A stretch of DNA of 64,000 nt from Chthonomonadales bacterium (GTDB lineage: Bacteria > Armatimonadota > Chthonomonadetes > Chthonomonadales > CAJBBX01), in assembly GCA_037443035.1 (NCBI GenBank), contig JBBIPC010000002.1:229620-293619 (forward strand). Reading direction: 5' to 3'. The position numbers and the translations under genes were made by a program. Below the pieces are notes generated by a model that was not told where the DNA came from, searched no databases, and saw nothing but the letters and a program-made list of their open reading frames with translations. Of the stretch, positions 30,372 through 41,845 are shown in pieces. Position 1 is the stretch's first letter, and each line of letters starts with the position of its first letter.

Positions 30372-32273
30372 CTATTCCTCCTCGCAGGTGGGGAACTCGG
30401 TGATGCGGAGGTTGGTCGAACCGTAAGGTACGAGTTCGATGGTTTCCTCCGGCTCCCGTGTTGTCACGGGCGACACTGGAGTGGGTCCCGCTGAGTTCTC
30501 CACCATCCCCCATTCGGGCACTCTCCGGCCGGTCGCGAGCAGCTTCACAGGCGCATCGTTTTCGTCGAATGGTAGCTGAGGGATGGAATGCTCCACAACC
30601 TGGAAGCCTTGTCCCACACAGAGCGCGTAGTTCCATGGCGTCGTTGGGAGCATCTCCCAGTCGGGGCTCCGCTCGCCAGGAGCAGGATCGGGCTTGCCGG
30701 CGAGGAGCCGCCGTTCCTCGGGAATCTTCAAGGCGAAGACAAGGGCGCCTCGATGCACAGTGAGGGCGTTACGGTATCTCCGTTCCGTCCGAATCTCCAG
30801 GGGCAAATCCAGCACGACGGTATCGCCGTCTTGCCACTCCCGAGTGATCTGGTGCCAGCAACCCGGTGCAACACTCTCTTCTGAGCGCGCACCTCCCAGC
30901 GTCAAGCGGACACTCGCGCCGGTGCACCACGCCGGCGCACGAAGGACAAGCGGGAAAGTCACGGGACGCGAGGCGTGGACCGTGAAATGAACATTACCGC
31001 GGAAGGGGTACTCGGTCGTCTCGACGATCGTCACGTCGGCGCCCTTCGCCTTCGCACGTACCTCTGACGGTCCGTAGGCGACAGCCGCCAGGCCGCCTTC
31101 CTCCGTTGCCATCCACAAGTGCGACACGAGCTTCGGCCAGCCTTGGTGGTAGTTCGCTGTGCAGCAGCCGAAGTTCGGTTCCAGGCCGTAGATATTGGAG
31201 TCGTCCCCGTTATTCGTCCAATGCCGTGGCGCCACGGTACAGAGGACCTGGTTCGCCTGCTGGTCGTATTGGTGCGCCCACATGTCTGCGGTGAACGTCC
31301 CTGGCAGTGCGTTGTACGCGATGCGCTCCAGACGGTCCGCGAACGCGACATCGCCCATGAGGGCGATGAGCTGCTCCAGTGAGAACATGTACTCGACCAC
31401 AGCGCACAGCTCCGTGCCCTGCGTGGGGTCGAGACCCGCGTAATGCTCGTCACCCGTGAAAACGCCCGTGGCCTGGCCGTGGTAGCGGTCGAGCATCTCG
31501 AGAGTCCGGTAGACCGACGCACGATCGCCAGGATCCCCACTCTGCCTCCACCAGACACCGCCGGTCTTGATCGCCATGGCATTGTTCACGACATGCGTAT
31601 GGAGGACGCAGCATTCCCGAAGTGTCTTGCAGACGTGCCGGAAATCCTCGAAGTGCCGGCGCCAGTCGTAGCCCTGGAGCGCCATGGTAGTGGCAACGTC
31701 CAGCAACCACTCCTCGCCTGTCCGATTGTAGAGCCAATGCAGCGAGAGGACCCCGTCTGCCCACCTGTGCATGCCCCAGTCCCGCAGCGGACGTTCGTCC
31801 AGAGTGTCGCGTAGGTAGCGGCAGAAGCCCAACATGAAGGGAATCACCCTCTCGTCGCCTGTGGCCTCATGATGCTGCGTCAGGGCTTTCAGGACGATGA
31901 ACACGGGCCACTGATCATAGGGCTGTCTGCCCGGCGCCTGGACCGGCCCGATCCATCCTCGCGCATCCTGCATGTTCAGGATGGATTCGATCCAGCGCTG
32001 AGCCCTGGACTGGAGATCGCCGTCGTCCAGCACATGCGCGAGAGGCACGAGACCGTCCAGGTAATAGGGGCCACGCTCCCATCCCTCGGTCTTGCCACCG
32101 AGCCACATGTTGTCCGGCCCCAGGTCGGGCCAGGCGCTTTCTAGATGCCCTGTGAGGCCCCGTGCTTGTATCCTGCACTGATCCAGGAGCCAGCCGCGTG
32201 GTCTTACTGCACCAAGGGGCAGGGGGAGAAACGGTTGAGGCTGCAGCGGCGGTCTGTTCGGGTACGCGTTCAT
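30372..32273 (-). CDS. GH127-family beta-L-arabinofuranosidase-like glycoside hydrolase
   Basis: 'GWERGPYYLDG', 'HVVNNAM', 'GTELCAVVE', 'ERIAYNALP', 'FGCCTAN.HQGWPK', 'LVPYG'. Confidence 0.88.
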   Translation of the reverse strand: MNAYPNRPPLQPQPFLPLPLGAVRPRGWLLDQCRIQARGLTGHLESAWPDLGPDNMWLGGKTEGWERGPYYLDGLVPLAHVLDDGDLQSRAQRWIESILNMQDARGWIGPVQAPGRQPYDQWPVFIVLKALTQHHEATGDERVIPFMLGFCRYLRDTLDERPLRDWGMHRWADGVLSLHWLYNRTGEEWLLDVATTMALQGYDWRRHFEDFRHVCKTLRECCVLHTHVVNNAMAIKTGGVWWRQSGDPGDRASVYRTLEMLDRYHGQATGVFTGDEHYAGLDPTQGTELCAVVEYMFSLEQLIALMGDVAFADRLERIAYNALPGTFTADMWAHQYDQQANQVLCTVAPRHWTNNGDDSNIYGLEPNFGCCTANYHQGWPKLVSHLWMATEEGGLAAVAYGPSEVRAKAKGADVTIVETTEYPFRGNVHFTVHASRPVTFPLVLRAPAWCTGASVRLTLGGARSEESVAPGCWHQITREWQDGDTVVLDLPLEIRTERRYRNALTVHRGALVFALKIPEERRLLAGKPDPAPGERSPDWEMLPTTPWNYALCVGQGFQVVEHSIPQLPFDENDAPVKLLATGRRVPEWGMVENSAGPTPVSPVTTREPEETIELVPYGSTNLRITEFPTCEEE

Positions 32274-32340
32274 GTACTTTTCCTCTCCCAGCCAAGCAGA
32301 CGCCCTTCCATAGGGCCTCTGGGGCTTGCTCGGCGGGTGC

Positions 32341-33237
32341 CTACTCTCCCGCTAGGATCTTGTCCATGCGGGCGCTGACGTCTCGGAGATAGGCTTCGTC
32401 TCCACCGCCCTGCTCCGGCGTCATGTAACCAGAGAAGCTTACTTCCTCCAGCGCGCGCCGAACCTCCGGCCAGTTGACACTGCCCTCGCGAAGGCCGACG
32501 AAATCACCCTTGCTGCCCAGCCCAGGCCCTCCGCGAAAGTCTTTCAAGTGGATCTTCCTGATCCGTGGCCCAAGGGTCCGGATCCAATCCTCTGGCCAAC
32601 CGAAGGCGACGACATTGCCGCAGTCGAAGTAGGCCTGTACCCACGGGCTCTTGAACTCGTCCACGTAGCGGGCGAACTCCAATGGGCTCAGCAGGAAGTT
32701 GTTCCATACGTTCTCGATGAGGATGGCGACCTTGTGCTTGGCAGCCGCCGGAATCAGCTTGCGGACGTTCGCTTGCGTTCGCTTGTAGGCATCCACATAC
32801 CTCGTACTGCCGTTGACGATCCCGGGAACCAACAACAAGCCGTCGGCACCCATGGCAGCCGCACCACGGAGACCGGCCTCCACACTCGCGAGGCCACGCT
32901 GGATTACCTCTGGATCAGCACTGGAAAGCGGGGCGCCCCAACCACCGTAGATGACGGAGTGAATGCGCACTCCTGCGGAATCAGCTGCACGGCGCATGCG
33001 CTCGCATTCTGCCAGATCCGTTATCGGCGGCGCCTCCACCCCTTCGAAACCGGCATCGCGGGCGATCTTGAACCGGTCCTCGACGCTTCGGTTGGATGGA
33101 AGCATACCGAACATGACTGCCTTCTTCGGGCGGCTCTTCTGACCGCCGGCACCCGACGCGTCCGTCCAGGCCAGTCCCACCGCTGCAGCACCCACAAGCC
33201 CTATCACCTCACGTCGTGAGGCATTGATTGTTCCCAT
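32341..33237 (-). CDS. Tat-exported sugar phosphate isomerase/epimerase (xylose-isomerase-like TIM barrel)
   Basis: 'SRREVI' Tat signal, 'IENVWNNFLLSP', 'YFDCGN', 'IHLKDF'. GGAGG RBS before ATG 33237. Confidence 0.88.
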   Translation of the reverse strand: MGTINASRREVIGLVGAAAVGLAWTDASGAGGQKSRPKKAVMFGMLPSNRSVEDRFKIARDAGFEGVEAPPITDLAECERMRRAADSAGVRIHSVIYGGWGAPLSSADPEVIQRGLASVEAGLRGAAAMGADGLLLVPGIVNGSTRYVDAYKRTQANVRKLIPAAAKHKVAILIENVWNNFLLSPLEFARYVDEFKSPWVQAYFDCGNVVAFGWPEDWIRTLGPRIRKIHLKDFRGGPGLGSKGDFVGLREGSVNWPEVRRALEEVSFSGYMTPEQGGGDEAYLRDVSARMDKILAGE

Positions 33238-33404
33238 CGAAAGACCTCCCTTGTACTCTGTCATCCGTACGTTCGCTCATAGCCACGCAGTGTCCTCCAC
33301 ATAACCACGGGTGCCTTCCGCAATACCAAGCAGGGAAAGTGCGATGACTGCAGAATGTAGGGATGATTGGCAGGGCCGTCACACCCTGCGTCGTGGAGGT
33401 GTAG

Positions 33405-34319
33405 GTGCTCGCCCGCTTCATCTTGCTTCGTCTGTCCGAGAGCCGTCGGATGGAAGCCATTGTGCGTCGGACTCCATTTTCGCAGGCGCTGGTACGCAGG
33501 TTCATCGCAGGGGAAACACTCGAGGATGCCGCAGTGGCCGTACGCGCACTCCAGGACAGAGGCATGATGGCCACGCTGGATTACTTGGGCGAGAACGTAA
33601 CGAACCCGCAAGAGGCCGGGGAGTCTGCCCAACGCTGTGTCGAGCTCGTCCAGTTCATCCGCGACGAGAAGCTCCCGGCCTATGTCTCGGTGAAGCTGAC
33701 GCAGCTTGGCTTGGACATTTCCACAGACATGGCCGCACAACACATGGCCCGAATTCTCGACGCTGCTGCCGAGGCGGGTCTGTTTGTGCGGATAGACATG
33801 GAATCGTCGGCCCATGTAGATCGGACTCTGGAGGTGTTTCGCCGGCTCTGGCCCCAGCATCGTAACGTCGGACTGGTGTTCCAGTCGTATCTCTACCGGA
33901 GCGACCAGGATGTGGAACAGGCAATCCGTGACGGGGTCCAAGTACGCCTCGTAAAGGGGGCCTACAACGAGCCACCCACAGTAGCCTATCCACGTAAGCG
34001 TGACGTAGATGCGAGCTTCTTGCGCCTGGCCAAGCGGTTACTGAACGCTGGGAACTACCCAGCCATCGCCACCCATGATGGTACGCTTATCGCCGCCATC
34101 AAGGAGTTCTGTCGCGACGAGCAGATCGCCCCCGACCGGTACGAGTTCCAGATGCTGTATGGCATCCGGCGAGACCTCCAGGAACTGCTCGTCCGCGAGG
34201 GGTATCGGATGCGTGTCTACACTCCGTTCGGCACACAGTGGTACGGTTACACGATGCGACGCTTGGCCGAAAGACCAGCCAATGTCTGGTTCGTCGTGAA
34301 GAACCTGTTCCGACAGTGA
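33405..34319 (+). CDS. Monofunctional proline dehydrogenase
   Basis: 'RFIAGE', 'LDYLGE', 'SVKLTQLG', 'RIDME', 'RLVKGAY', 'ATHD', 'RRLAERPAN'; GGAGGT RBS with GTG start. Confidence 0.95.
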   Translation: MLARFILLRLSESRRMEAIVRRTPFSQALVRRFIAGETLEDAAVAVRALQDRGMMATLDYLGENVTNPQEAGESAQRCVELVQFIRDEKLPAYVSVKLTQLGLDISTDMAAQHMARILDAAAEAGLFVRIDMESSAHVDRTLEVFRRLWPQHRNVGLVFQSYLYRSDQDVEQAIRDGVQVRLVKGAYNEPPTVAYPRKRDVDASFLRLAKRLLNAGNYPAIATHDGTLIAAIKEFCRDEQIAPDRYEFQMLYGIRRDLQELLVREGYRMRVYTPFGTQWYGYTMRRLAERPANVWFVVKNLFRQ

Positions 34320-34738
34320 TGAGCGACCATGCCCGTACGTCCGCGACTCGCAGTGCCGGTGTGGCCGCGGTCGGCCTCGTGCTCGTTACCGCGGGTGCCC
34401 TGATGCCGTGGCCTGCGCCCCACATGCCGCCTCTACCAGGTGCCGTCTACAGCGCCCCTCGGAAGGAAGGGAACGCCTTCGTCCTACGTGTCCATGGCAT
34501 CCCCCTGGGGCTGTGGATGGTTGTGCTAGCGTCCGTCGCACCGATAGTCTGTTTGACGCTGAAGGGACGCATGGATCACGTAAAGGAACTGGGAGCTCTT
34601 GCTGCGCCCATTCCCGTCGTCGCGATGGCCGCCAGCACTGGCCTCGAGACACCGGGACCGATCCTGGCCGTATTCGGCGCTTGTCTACAGGTTCTTGCAG
34701 TCCTCTGGGCTGCGTGGATACGGGAGTCTCAGCTATGA
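34319..34738 (+). CDS. Hypothetical membrane protein (about 4 TM)
   Basis: Hydrophobic ORF whose start overlaps the upstream stop and whose stop overlaps the next ATG. Confidence 0.55.
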   Translation: MSDHARTSATRSAGVAAVGLVLVTAGALMPWPAPHMPPLPGAVYSAPRKEGNAFVLRVHGIPLGLWMVVLASVAPIVCLTLKGRMDHVKELGALAAPIPVVAMAASTGLETPGPILAVFGACLQVLAVLWAAWIRESQL

Positions 34739-37266
34739 AAGCCGTGGTGATGGCAGGTGGTGAGGGCACTCGATTACGTCCGCTGACAAGCCGGCGTCCT
34801 AAGCCTCTTGCACCGGTTCTGAACAAGCCCGTCATGGAGCATATCCTTCTGCTCCTACGCGCAGCGGGCATAACGGATATCGTCGTCACTGTGCATTACA
34901 TGGCAGATGCCATCGAAGGCTACTTCGGCGATGGTTCGGACCTCGGTCTGCGTCTGACGTACTCGGTGGAGGATACACCTCTCGGTACGGCCGGCAGCGT
35001 GAAGCAAGCCGAGGAGTTCCTCCGAGACGGTACCTTCGTGATTGTGAGCGGCGATGCCTTGACGGACGTATCGTTGCCTACCGCCATCCAGTTCCACCAA
35101 CAGCGAAAGGCTGATGCCACGCTCATTCTCAAGCAGGTACCAAAGCCTCTGGACTTCGGCATCGTAGTGACCGACGCCGACGGTCGCATTCAGCGCTTCC
35201 TCGAGAAGCCGAGCTGGGGCGAGGTGTTCTCCGATACCGTCAATACGGGCATGTATGTCCTCGAACCTACAGTCTTCGAGTACATGGAACCCAACGTTCC
35301 GTACGACTGGAGCCAGGACATCTTCCCACGTATGCTCGCAGACGGGAAAGCACTCTTCGGCCATGTGATGAAGGGCTACTGGTGCGACATCGGCAACCTC
35401 ACGCAGTACCGGGAGGCACAGTATCAGGTGCTGGATTGTGGTACGGCCGTGGAACTGGACGGTGTGCAGAAGCATGGCATCTGGATCGGGGAAGGAACGA
35501 CCATTCACGAGGACGCCATTGTCTTGCCGCCGACGCTGCTGGGGCGAAATGTGTCCATAAAGGCCGATGCCCGTGTCGGACCGCATACGGTGATCGGAGA
35601 CAACACGGTCGTCGAGGCGGATGCAGTGGTGGAACGGAGCATACTGTGGGACAACGTGTACGTCGGGCCTGGATCTCGGCTCCACGCCTGCACCGTGTGC
35701 TCTCACACGATCCTTCAGGGAGACTGCGTGATCGAGGAAGGCGCTGTCATCGGCGACAAGTGCCGGCTCGAGGCTGGAGCACACGTGCGGGCTGGAGTCA
35801 AGATATGGCCTGACAAGCACATAGAGACGGGTGCTACGGTCACCATGAGCCTCATCTGGGGACACATGTGGCAGGGCTCACTGTTCGGTGACTTGGGAGT
35901 ATCGGGCATCGCGAATCGGGAGATCTCCCCAGAGTTCGCCACACGCCTGGGAGCGGCCTACGGTGCGTACCTCAAGCCCGGCACCACGGTGATGACCGCG
36001 CGCGACTCGGGCCTCGCTGCGCGCATGGTGAAGCGTGCCATCATCGCTGGGTTGATGTCGGTTGGCTGCGACATACTGGATCTTCGCTCGGCACCACTGC
36101 CGATCATGCGCCACTCCCTCCGCAACTCGGCCGCATCAGGAGGCGTCTACGTGCGCCTATCTCCAGATGATCCCCACGTCATCCTCGTGGAGTTCCTCGA
36201 CGGCGACGGTGTCTACCTTGCGCCTGCAGCAGAACGCAAGGTGGAGTCCATCTTCTTCAGGGAGGACTTCCGGAGAGCAGACGCGGCCAGTATCGGCAAG
36301 CTCGAGTTCTCTGGCCGGAGCGTGGAGCAGTATCGTGAGGATTTCCTCCGTCACCTGAACGTGCAAGCGATCCGGGACGCCAAGCTCAAGGTGGTCGTGG
36401 ATTTCTCCTTTTCCCGCGTGGCTTCCGTCTTCGGTACGATCCTGGGCCATCTCGGCTGCGACGTGGTCGCTCTCAACGCCTTCGGAGATCCAAGCCGAAC
36501 TCCCGAGAAGCAGACGGATCGCCAGAGACTCCTGGACAATCTCTCGCACACAGTCCGCACGCTGGGTGCCAACCTGGGAGCCATGATCGAGCACGACGGC
36601 GAACGCCTGACGGTAGTAGACGAGACGGGGCGCGTCATCGAGGGGGACACGTTGCTAACCCTGTTCGCAGTGCTGGTCGCCCGGACACAGCCCGGCGTGT
36701 GCATCGCGGTGCCAGTTACGGCAACAGCTAAGCTCGAGCCAATGCTGGCTCTGCATCACGGTACTGTGGTTCGTACGAAGCGGGACGTCCGCTCTATACT
36801 GGCTGCTGCCGCGACAGTGAGCGACGGCGAGCGGGCTATCGCCATGGCTGCAGACCGCCACGGTGGATTCAGCTTTCCGGACTTCCACAACGCGTTCGAC
36901 GGCATGTATGCCACCGGTAAGCTCATGGAGGCCCTTACACTGACGGGTCTTTCACTCCACCAGGTGGTGGATGCACTTCCCGCCATCTATATCGCTCACG
37001 AACGTCTGCGGTGTCCCTGGCAGGCGAAGGGAAGGGTCATGCGCATGGTGTCGGGACTTGCAGCCAGTGCGGAGAGTGTGGATCTGACCGATGGCGTGAA
37101 GATGATGGATGACCAGGGATGGACCGTCGTGGTACCGGATGCCGCCGGCCCGATCGTTCACGTCCTTGCCGAGGACGCGACCGATGATGCTGCACAGAAC
37201 CGAGCCGACACAATGGCCGCGAGACTGAAGCCGGTCATCGGGACCACCAAACAGGAGGAGTCATGA
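34735..37266 (+). CDS. Mannose-1-phosphate guanylyltransferase with hexapeptide LbH and C-terminal phosphomannomutase-like domain
   Basis: '[22 protein letters not shown]', 'PLGTAGSVK', 'FLEKP', 'YWCDIG', hexapeptide repeats, then PGM/PMM-fold 'LFG..GVSG.AN.EISPEFA'. Confidence 0.9.
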   Translation: MKAVVMAGGEGTRLRPLTSRRPKPLAPVLNKPVMEHILLLLRAAGITDIVVTVHYMADAIEGYFGDGSDLGLRLTYSVEDTPLGTAGSVKQAEEFLRDGTFVIVSGDALTDVSLPTAIQFHQQRKADATLILKQVPKPLDFGIVVTDADGRIQRFLEKPSWGEVFSDTVNTGMYVLEPTVFEYMEPNVPYDWSQDIFPRMLADGKALFGHVMKGYWCDIGNLTQYREAQYQVLDCGTAVELDGVQKHGIWIGEGTTIHEDAIVLPPTLLGRNVSIKADARVGPHTVIGDNTVVEADAVVERSILWDNVYVGPGSRLHACTVCSHTILQGDCVIEEGAVIGDKCRLEAGAHVRAGVKIWPDKHIETGATVTMSLIWGHMWQGSLFGDLGVSGIANREISPEFATRLGAAYGAYLKPGTTVMTARDSGLAARMVKRAIIAGLMSVGCDILDLRSAPLPIMRHSLRNSAASGGVYVRLSPDDPHVILVEFLDGDGVYLAPAAERKVESIFFREDFRRADAASIGKLEFSGRSVEQYREDFLRHLNVQAIRDAKLKVVVDFSFSRVASVFGTILGHLGCDVVALNAFGDPSRTPEKQTDRQRLLDNLSHTVRTLGANLGAMIEHDGERLTVVDETGRVIEGDTLLTLFAVLVARTQPGVCIAVPVTATAKLEPMLALHHGTVVRTKRDVRSILAAAATVSDGERAIAMAADRHGGFSFPDFHNAFDGMYATGKLMEALTLTGLSLHQVVDALPAIYIAHERLRCPWQAKGRVMRMVSGLAASAESVDLTDGVKMMDDQGWTVVVPDAAGPIVHVLAEDATDDAAQNRADTMAARLKPVIGTTKQEES

Positions 37267-38240
37267 TGGCACCAAACCGCCTGCGATGGGGTGTCCTCGG
37301 CTGTGCGAGTTTCGCGCGGTCCGTGGCGGTGCCCGCTATGCTGGAAGCCGAGTCGGCCGAGCTTGTTGGCGTTGCCAGTCGGGATCGCGAGAAAGCTGAG
37401 CAGTTCCGCCAGGAGTTCGGTCTGCCGAAGGCCTACGGCTCCTATGAGGAGCTACTCGACGACAGTATGGTGGAGGCAGTCTACATCCCACTCCCCAACG
37501 GGCTTCACGCTTCGTGGACCATCAAGGCACTAGCTGCGGGCAAACATGTTCTCTGCGAGAAGCCGTTCTCAGCGAATGTGAACGAAGCCATCGCGGCAGC
37601 GGCCGCAGCGCGCCAGGCTCAGCGGCAAGTGATGGAAGGCTTCATGTGGCGGTTTCATCCTCAGCATGAACGTGCCCTGCAGCTTGTGTCGGATGGCGCT
37701 GTCGGAACGGTGAAACACGTTCGTGCCACTTTCAGCTTCACCATGAGTCGGCAGCCAAACGTCCGATGGGATCCCCAGCTAGCCGGGGGTGCCATTGCAG
37801 ATGTAGGATGCTACACGGTCAGTGCGGCCCGCAGCTATTTCGCATCTGAGCCCACGAGCGTTGTAGCCAGAGCGACGGTAGACCCAGAGACAGGCGTGGA
37901 CATAAGCATGGGAGCCGTCCTCGACTTCCCGAGTGGTCGAGCCATCCTCGATTGCGCTTTCGATCTGCCATTCCGGTCAGGTATCGAGGTCGTGGGTGAC
38001 AAGGGTGTCCTGGAGATACCCTCTCCCTGGCTTCCCGGCGAACGGCCAGGCCTCGTGTTGAACGGTGCGAGGGAGGATATCTCGCCAGCCAATCAGTACG
38101 TTCTCGAGTTCGACCACTTCTCTCGGTGCGTCCTTGACAACAAACCGGCGCCCTACGGAGCAGAGGATGCCGTACGACAGATGCGAGTTCTCGACGCCAT
38201 CGTCCGCTCTTGCAGGACCGGTAGACAGGAGACTGTGTGA
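37263..38240 (+). CDS. Gfo/Idh/MocA oxidoreductase (D-xylose dehydrogenase-like)
   Basis: 'LRWGVLGCA', 'YIPLPNGLH', 'HVLCEKP', '[11 protein letters not shown]', 'DVGCY'. Confidence 0.92.
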   Translation: MMAPNRLRWGVLGCASFARSVAVPAMLEAESAELVGVASRDREKAEQFRQEFGLPKAYGSYEELLDDSMVEAVYIPLPNGLHASWTIKALAAGKHVLCEKPFSANVNEAIAAAAAARQAQRQVMEGFMWRFHPQHERALQLVSDGAVGTVKHVRATFSFTMSRQPNVRWDPQLAGGAIADVGCYTVSAARSYFASEPTSVVARATVDPETGVDISMGAVLDFPSGRAILDCAFDLPFRSGIEVVGDKGVLEIPSPWLPGERPGLVLNGAREDISPANQYVLEFDHFSRCVLDNKPAPYGAEDAVRQMRVLDAIVRSCRTGRQETV

Positions 38241-39193
38241 TGTCCAAGTTCATTCTGACGACTATCGCCTTGGCTAGTCTGGCCATGGCACTCCCGCGAC
38301 CGGTCCAGGCGCCGCGACGCACACTCGCCGAACGCCTCGGATACAAGGCCACGGACCGCCTGCTCATCATCAACGGGGATGACACGGGTATGTGCCATGC
38401 TGCCAACGTTGCCACCATGGACGCGTTGGACAACGGCCTGATGACCAGCGCTACCATTATGGTCCCGTGTCCGTGGTTCACGGAGATCGCGCGGTACGCC
38501 AAGACGAAGCCGAACGCCGACCTCGGCGTCCACCTTACTCACACTGCCGAATGGCAGCTCTATCGTTGGGGACCAATTCTGGACAAGAAAGAGGTGCCTG
38601 GGCTCGTGGACCCCGACGGATACTTCTGGCGATCCGTGGAGGAGGTCTATGCCCATTCCAAAGTCGAGGAAGCTGCAGCGGAAGCCAGGGCCCAGATCGA
38701 GCGCGCAAAGAAGGCCGGCATAGACATCACCCATATCGACTCGCATATGGGGACGATGCAGTACAACCCCGTGTACCACAAGGCCTATCTCGAGATCGCC
38801 AAGGAGTACGATCTGCCTGTCCGTATGGGGTCGCCGGAGACCTACGAGAAGGTCGGTTTTCCTGGCATTCGCAAGGATGCCGAAGCTCTCGGCCTGGTCT
38901 TCCCCGATCGTCTCATTCATGAGGAGGAGCCAGCGCCAGGCGAATCTCGCAAGAACTTCTGGCTACGCATGATCCGTGAACTCAAGCCTGGTGTGACGGA
39001 GCTCTACATCCACGCATCCGTCGCCACCGACGAAGCGAAGGCGATCGCTGGCTCGTGGAAGGAGCGCGCGACCGACTACGAGCTCTTCGCAAAGGACCCC
39101 GACATCCGGAAGGCTATCCAGGACGGCGGCATCATCCGCATCGGGTACCGGCCCCTACGGGACCTGCAGCGCAAGGAACGATCAGGCAAGTAG
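38237..39193 (+). CDS. ChbG/HpnK (YdjC) family carbohydrate deacetylase, secreted
   Basis: 'LIINGDDTG', 'GVHLT', 'THIDSHM', 'PGVTELYIH'; N-terminal signal peptide. Confidence 0.88.
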   Translation: MMSKFILTTIALASLAMALPRPVQAPRRTLAERLGYKATDRLLIINGDDTGMCHAANVATMDALDNGLMTSATIMVPCPWFTEIARYAKTKPNADLGVHLTHTAEWQLYRWGPILDKKEVPGLVDPDGYFWRSVEEVYAHSKVEEAAAEARAQIERAKKAGIDITHIDSHMGTMQYNPVYHKAYLEIAKEYDLPVRMGSPETYEKVGFPGIRKDAEALGLVFPDRLIHEEEPAPGESRKNFWLRMIRELKPGVTELYIHASVATDEAKAIAGSWKERATDYELFAKDPDIRKAIQDGGIIRIGYRPLRDLQRKERSGK

Positions 39194-39201
39194 ACGGTGC
39201 G

Positions 39202-39231
39202 GGGGCCTGCCAGTGCACGGGAGCAGGCCCC
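39202..39231. terminator. GC-rich hairpin between convergent genes (possible bidirectional terminator)
   Basis: GGGGCCTGC (39202-39210) pairs perfectly with GCAGGCCCC (39223-39231); no clear U-tract. Confidence 0.5.
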
Positions 39232-39235
39232 TCTC

Positions 39236-41830
39236 CTATACCATAATGCCCGAAACCGGCGCGTTCATCGCGGCCACAACTACCGAGTGCGCACCATCCC
39301 TTTCGATGCGAATTTCCTCGCCAGGAAGAAGAAACGGAGCGTAGCCCCAGGTCAGATATGCCCACTCGATGTCACTGCAAGCGTCGGCCCTGACGAATAC
39401 GAGCGGCACAGACGAATCGGCCGAACACTTGACGAGGATGGAGTTGTCTGGCAGCGCCTCTGCATCCAGTCGTCCGTTTGGGAGGCCGAACAGGCGTTCC
39501 ATGCACGGATGAGGGTGACTCGTGAACAGATAACGCTTCTCCAGGCCGCTGGCGCGCGCCGGTGGCAGTGTCAGACCCTGAACCGCCACAATCATGCCGT
39601 ACAAAGCAGGCTTGTCCAGAAGCCGGGCCTCGACTCGGCCTAATGAAACGGCACTTGCTTGGGTAGGCTCCGGAACAGGCAACACCCCCGCCGCGATTTC
39701 CTGGCAACCCTCGAGGCGGACCAGGCGCCAGACCAGGGACACCTCCTCCGAACACGAGGCATGAAAGTCGTCCGGCTCCGACACGTTCAGCCAGATCTCC
39801 GCCTCCAGTGTCTCCCCTGGCTCCCACCGCACGCGGTCGTAGCGAACGCTTACCGATATAGGTGCGTAGGCTCCGCGCATGGCCCAGTAGGCCGGCCTCA
39901 CATCGCCGAAGTATCCCAGGCTGTTCGTGCAGCTCGTGTTCGGCCAACTCTCGTTGAACTGCCAGGGTGCACAGCCGCTCGTACGCCATTTCCTGCGCCG
40001 GTTCGCTTCTGCAATGTAGCGAAGTCCCTCGTATTGGATCCACTGGCTGGCATATACATACTGACGCAGCTCCTCGATCCTGCCGAAAAGTGCCTCTACT
40101 TTCTCTCGGTGTAGCCACCATGCCCCATGATGCACCCAGGCAGGGTTCGTTCGGTCGGGTGGCCATAGGTAATGTTGGCTCAGGAATAGGCGCAGTGCTT
40201 CCTCGTTGGCGGTACCTTCAGCACCGAACTCGGAGTGGAACAGAGGATCCATATCATTGTAGAAGCGATAGTGGTCGGGATCGCCAAGGTAGAGCCAGTG
40301 GCCGTGCACATCGTGCATACGTCCCTTATTGCTGGGATCGGCAGCGAATGTCGGACCCGACGGCGACGCAGGCAGATAGATCCACTCCGGGTTCACCTCT
40401 CGGACGACGTTGCCGAGCGTGGCAAGAACCGGATGGTCCAGTCCGCACGGCACGTGCGCATAGTCCATGAGTTCGTTGCCCCCGCACCATATCACGAGGC
40501 TCGGGTGGTGAGACCGGCGTGGCACCATCTGGCGCGCTTGCTTCTCGCAGTAGGCCACATACTCTTCGTCGCGAGCTGGCTCATTCTGGACCCCCGAGGA
40601 GGACTGCGGAAACTCCTGCCAGACCATGATCCCAGCCTCGTCGCAGAGCTTGTAGAATAGCTCCCTCTCCAGCAACCCACCGCCCCACACACGCAGGAGA
40701 TTGCAGTGAGCGTCTCTGGCGAGCCGGATGGCGTGGCGGTAACGGTCCTCGTGCAGCCTTCCATAGAGCTGATGGATGGGTGCCCAGTTCCATCCCTTGG
40801 CAAAGAGGCGTTTCCCGTTGACTTCGAGTGTGTAGGGCAGTGCATCCGCTGGCGCACCTTCGTTGCGCACAGCCCGGACTCTACGGAAACCAACACGGCG
40901 CTCGGCGGTGTCCAGTACGGTCCCATCGACCGCCACCAGTTCCACTGTGACGCAATACAGGTTCTGCTCCCCAGAGCCGTTGGGCCACCACAGCTCGACT
41001 CCTGGCACCTCGAGTTGGGCCGTAACGAGCGACACGGCGGTCTCCGGCGGCACGACTTGAACCTCGTGACTCGATAGGAGCGTGCTGCCATCGCTGCCGG
41101 CAACCGATACCCGCAGCACTAGCGCTTCGTCCGTCGCACGGTCGAGAGTGGCCCGAAGGCGCAGGAGCCCTGTCCAGCAGTCCTCGCTATACTCCGCAGA
41201 GGTGGTTGCCCACAAGCTGGCCAACCGTGCCCTGTCCCATGTCTCCAGGAACACATCGTCCCAGATGCCCAGCGGAATGAGACGCGTGCACCAATCCCAC
41301 TTGTACGCGAATCGGGGCTTCCACAGGCGCACCTTGCCCGTCCAACCGATCTGACCCTGCTGTTCCGGCTCGGTCGGAGCGTGGTCCACAACGACAATGA
41401 GGCGGTTCGTCTCTCCTGCGCGCAGCGCTTCCGTCGCATCCAACTCGAAAGGCACGTATGTGCCTGCATGGTCACCCAGATGGTTTCCATTGAGGAAGAC
41501 GTGGCAGGAATAGTCCACCCCCTCGAAACGGAGCACAGCGCGATGCCCGCGGACACTTGCTGGGGCGTCGAAGTCTTTCCAGTACACCCAATCTCTCTGA
41601 CTGGTCCACTCCGCGGCGCGACTCTCTAGATCGCGCCACGGCTGCTGCAGCACACCGGCTTCGATCAGGTCCGTCTGAACGTCTCCGGGAACGGTCGCAC
41701 GATACCAAGGCGCAATCGGAGGGTTGAGATTCTCGAGGTCGGAATCGCCTCGCGTGATGGGTATCCACTCCCACTCTCCAGGATAGACGTGTGTCACCCG
41801 CCAGTCATCGCCGCTCAGGTTGCGTCGCAT
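39236..41830 (-). CDS. GH2 beta-mannosidase-like glycoside hydrolase
   Basis: 'LRFEGVDY', 'WDWC', 'LWWPNG.GEQ.LY', 'NLLRVWGGG', 'WCGGNE', 'SEFG', 'WQFNESWP'. Confidence 0.9.
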   Translation of the reverse strand: MRRNLSGDDWRVTHVYPGEWEWIPITRGDSDLENLNPPIAPWYRATVPGDVQTDLIEAGVLQQPWRDLESRAAEWTSQRDWVYWKDFDAPASVRGHRAVLRFEGVDYSCHVFLNGNHLGDHAGTYVPFELDATEALRAGETNRLIVVVDHAPTEPEQQGQIGWTGKVRLWKPRFAYKWDWCTRLIPLGIWDDVFLETWDRARLASLWATTSAEYSEDCWTGLLRLRATLDRATDEALVLRVSVAGSDGSTLLSSHEVQVVPPETAVSLVTAQLEVPGVELWWPNGSGEQNLYCVTVELVAVDGTVLDTAERRVGFRRVRAVRNEGAPADALPYTLEVNGKRLFAKGWNWAPIHQLYGRLHEDRYRHAIRLARDAHCNLLRVWGGGLLERELFYKLCDEAGIMVWQEFPQSSSGVQNEPARDEEYVAYCEKQARQMVPRRSHHPSLVIWCGGNELMDYAHVPCGLDHPVLATLGNVVREVNPEWIYLPASPSGPTFAADPSNKGRMHDVHGHWLYLGDPDHYRFYNDMDPLFHSEFGAEGTANEEALRLFLSQHYLWPPDRTNPAWVHHGAWWLHREKVEALFGRIEELRQYVYASQWIQYEGLRYIAEANRRRKWRTSGCAPWQFNESWPNTSCTNSLGYFGDVRPAYWAMRGAYAPISVSVRYDRVRWEPGETLEAEIWLNVSEPDDFHASCSEEVSLVWRLVRLEGCQEIAAGVLPVPEPTQASAVSLGRVEARLLDKPALYGMIVAVQGLTLPPARASGLEKRYLFTSHPHPCMERLFGLPNGRLDAEALPDNSILVKCSADSSVPLVFVRADACSDIEWAYLTWGYAPFLLPGEEIRIERDGAHSVVVAAMNAPVSGIMV

Positions 41831-41845
41831 TTCCGAGCTCTCCTC

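Noticed and set aside
38237..39193. hpnK as partner of the hpnI-like gene
   Set aside because: About 16 kb away in a different operon and has a signal peptide; generic YdjC-family deacetylase is the safer call.
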